Assembly: GCA_004020315.1 (NCBI GenBank)
Contig: SAQG01000025.1
Coordinates: 13,919 to 77,918, forward strand
DNA: 64,000 nt
From: Mesorhizobium sp.
Lineage (GTDB): Bacteria; Pseudomonadota; Alphaproteobacteria; Rhizobiales; Rhizobiaceae
Direction of reading: 5' to 3'
Of this stretch, positions 63,315-64,000 are shown in pieces; positions within the stretch are counted from its first letter, which is position 1, and each line of letters begins with the position of its first letter. The position numbers and the translations under genes are program-made. The notes under the pieces were generated by a model, which was given only the letters and a program-made list of their open reading frames with translations, was not told the origin of the DNA and searched no databases.

Positions 63315-64000
63315 ACCTGCGTGCAGTCTGGGCGATCTACAAGATGGAGATGGCGCGCGCTTTTCGGACCGTGCTGCAGAGCATCGTCTCGCCGGTCATC
63401 TCGACATCGCTCTATTTCGTCGTCTTCGGCTCGGCCATCGGCTCGCGCATCACCGAGATCGACGGCATCAGCTACGGCGCCTTCATCGTGCCGGGGCTGA
63501 TCATGCTGTCGCTGCTGACGCAGTCGATCTCCAACGCCTCCTTCGCCATCTATTTCCCGAAATTCGTCGGCTCGATCTACGAACTGCTGTCGGCGCCGGT
63601 GTCCTATCTGGAGATCATCATTGCCTACGTCGGGGGTGCGGCGACCAAGTCGATCATACTCGGCCTGATCATCCTTGGGACCGCGTCGCTGTTCGTGCCG
63701 CTGACCATCGAGCATCCGTTCTGGATGCTCTCCTTCCTGGTGCTGACGTCGGTGACCTTCAGCCTGTTCGGGTTCATCATCGGCATCTGGGCGAAGAGCT
63801 TCGAGCAGCTGCAGCTGGTGCCGCTGCTGATCATCACACCGCTTACGTTCCTTGGCGGAAGCTTCTATTCGATCGACATGCTGCCCGGCATCTGGCGCAC
63901 GGTGACGCTGTTCAACCCTGTCCTTTATCTGGTCAGCGGCTTTCGCTGGAGTTTCTACGGCAAATCCGACGTCTCGATCGGCATCAGTCTCGGCATGACC
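63311..64000 (+). CDS. ABC-2 type transporter permease (YadH-like), runs off window edge
   Basis: ATGA overlap; [16 protein letters not shown]...[14 protein letters not shown]...FIVPGLIM...[11 protein letters not shown]. Confidence 0.88.
   Translation, partial: MNLRAVWAIYKMEMARAFRTVLQSIVSPVISTSLYFVVFGSAIGSRITEIDGISYGAFIVPGLIMLSLLTQSISNASFAIYFPKFVGSIYELLSAPVSYLEIIIAYVGGAATKSIILGLIILGTASLFVPLTIEHPFWMLSFLVLTSVTFSLFGFIIGIWAKSFEQLQLVPLLIITPLTFLGGSFYSIDMLPGIWRTVTLFNPVLYLVSGFRWSFYGKSDVSIGISLGMT

Overview
GC-rich alphaproteobacterial chromosome segment. Gene content and intergenic repeats suggest Mesorhizobium or a close relative (inference, not checked against a database). Mostly housekeeping and catabolic genes: hydantoinase/oxoprolinase genes, fpr, deoC plus a two-module aldehyde dehydrogenase, an amino-sugar ABC/nag cluster, matAB, rpe, dnaK-dnaJ-pmtA, pyrF, a polyamine-type ABC/oxidase cluster, De Ley-Doudoroff dgoKA genes, gshB, comM/yifB, glcB, lepA, msrA, an amino-acid ABC transporter and cydAB. 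No rRNA, tRNA, CRISPR array or classical transposase/integrase was seen. The most notable region is 46.6-52.2 kb. (i) A DUF559/Vsr-like endonuclease gene sits between perfect 47-bp terminal inverted repeats; four gene-less relatives of the repeat lie elsewhere in the window, so this is a candidate autonomous element with REP/MITE-like derivatives. (ii) A stand-alone, AT-richer Abi/UG-type reverse transcriptase with an unusual LVDD motif and an acidic Tyr-containing tail lies convergent to lepA (candidate anti-phage RT). Other oddities: an orphan colicin-E3-type immunity-like gene, a Met-rich periplasmic peptide plus exported MsrA behind an ECF-type promoter, EAL and TetR gene remnants, and three genes each broken by one missing base (possibly assembly errors).
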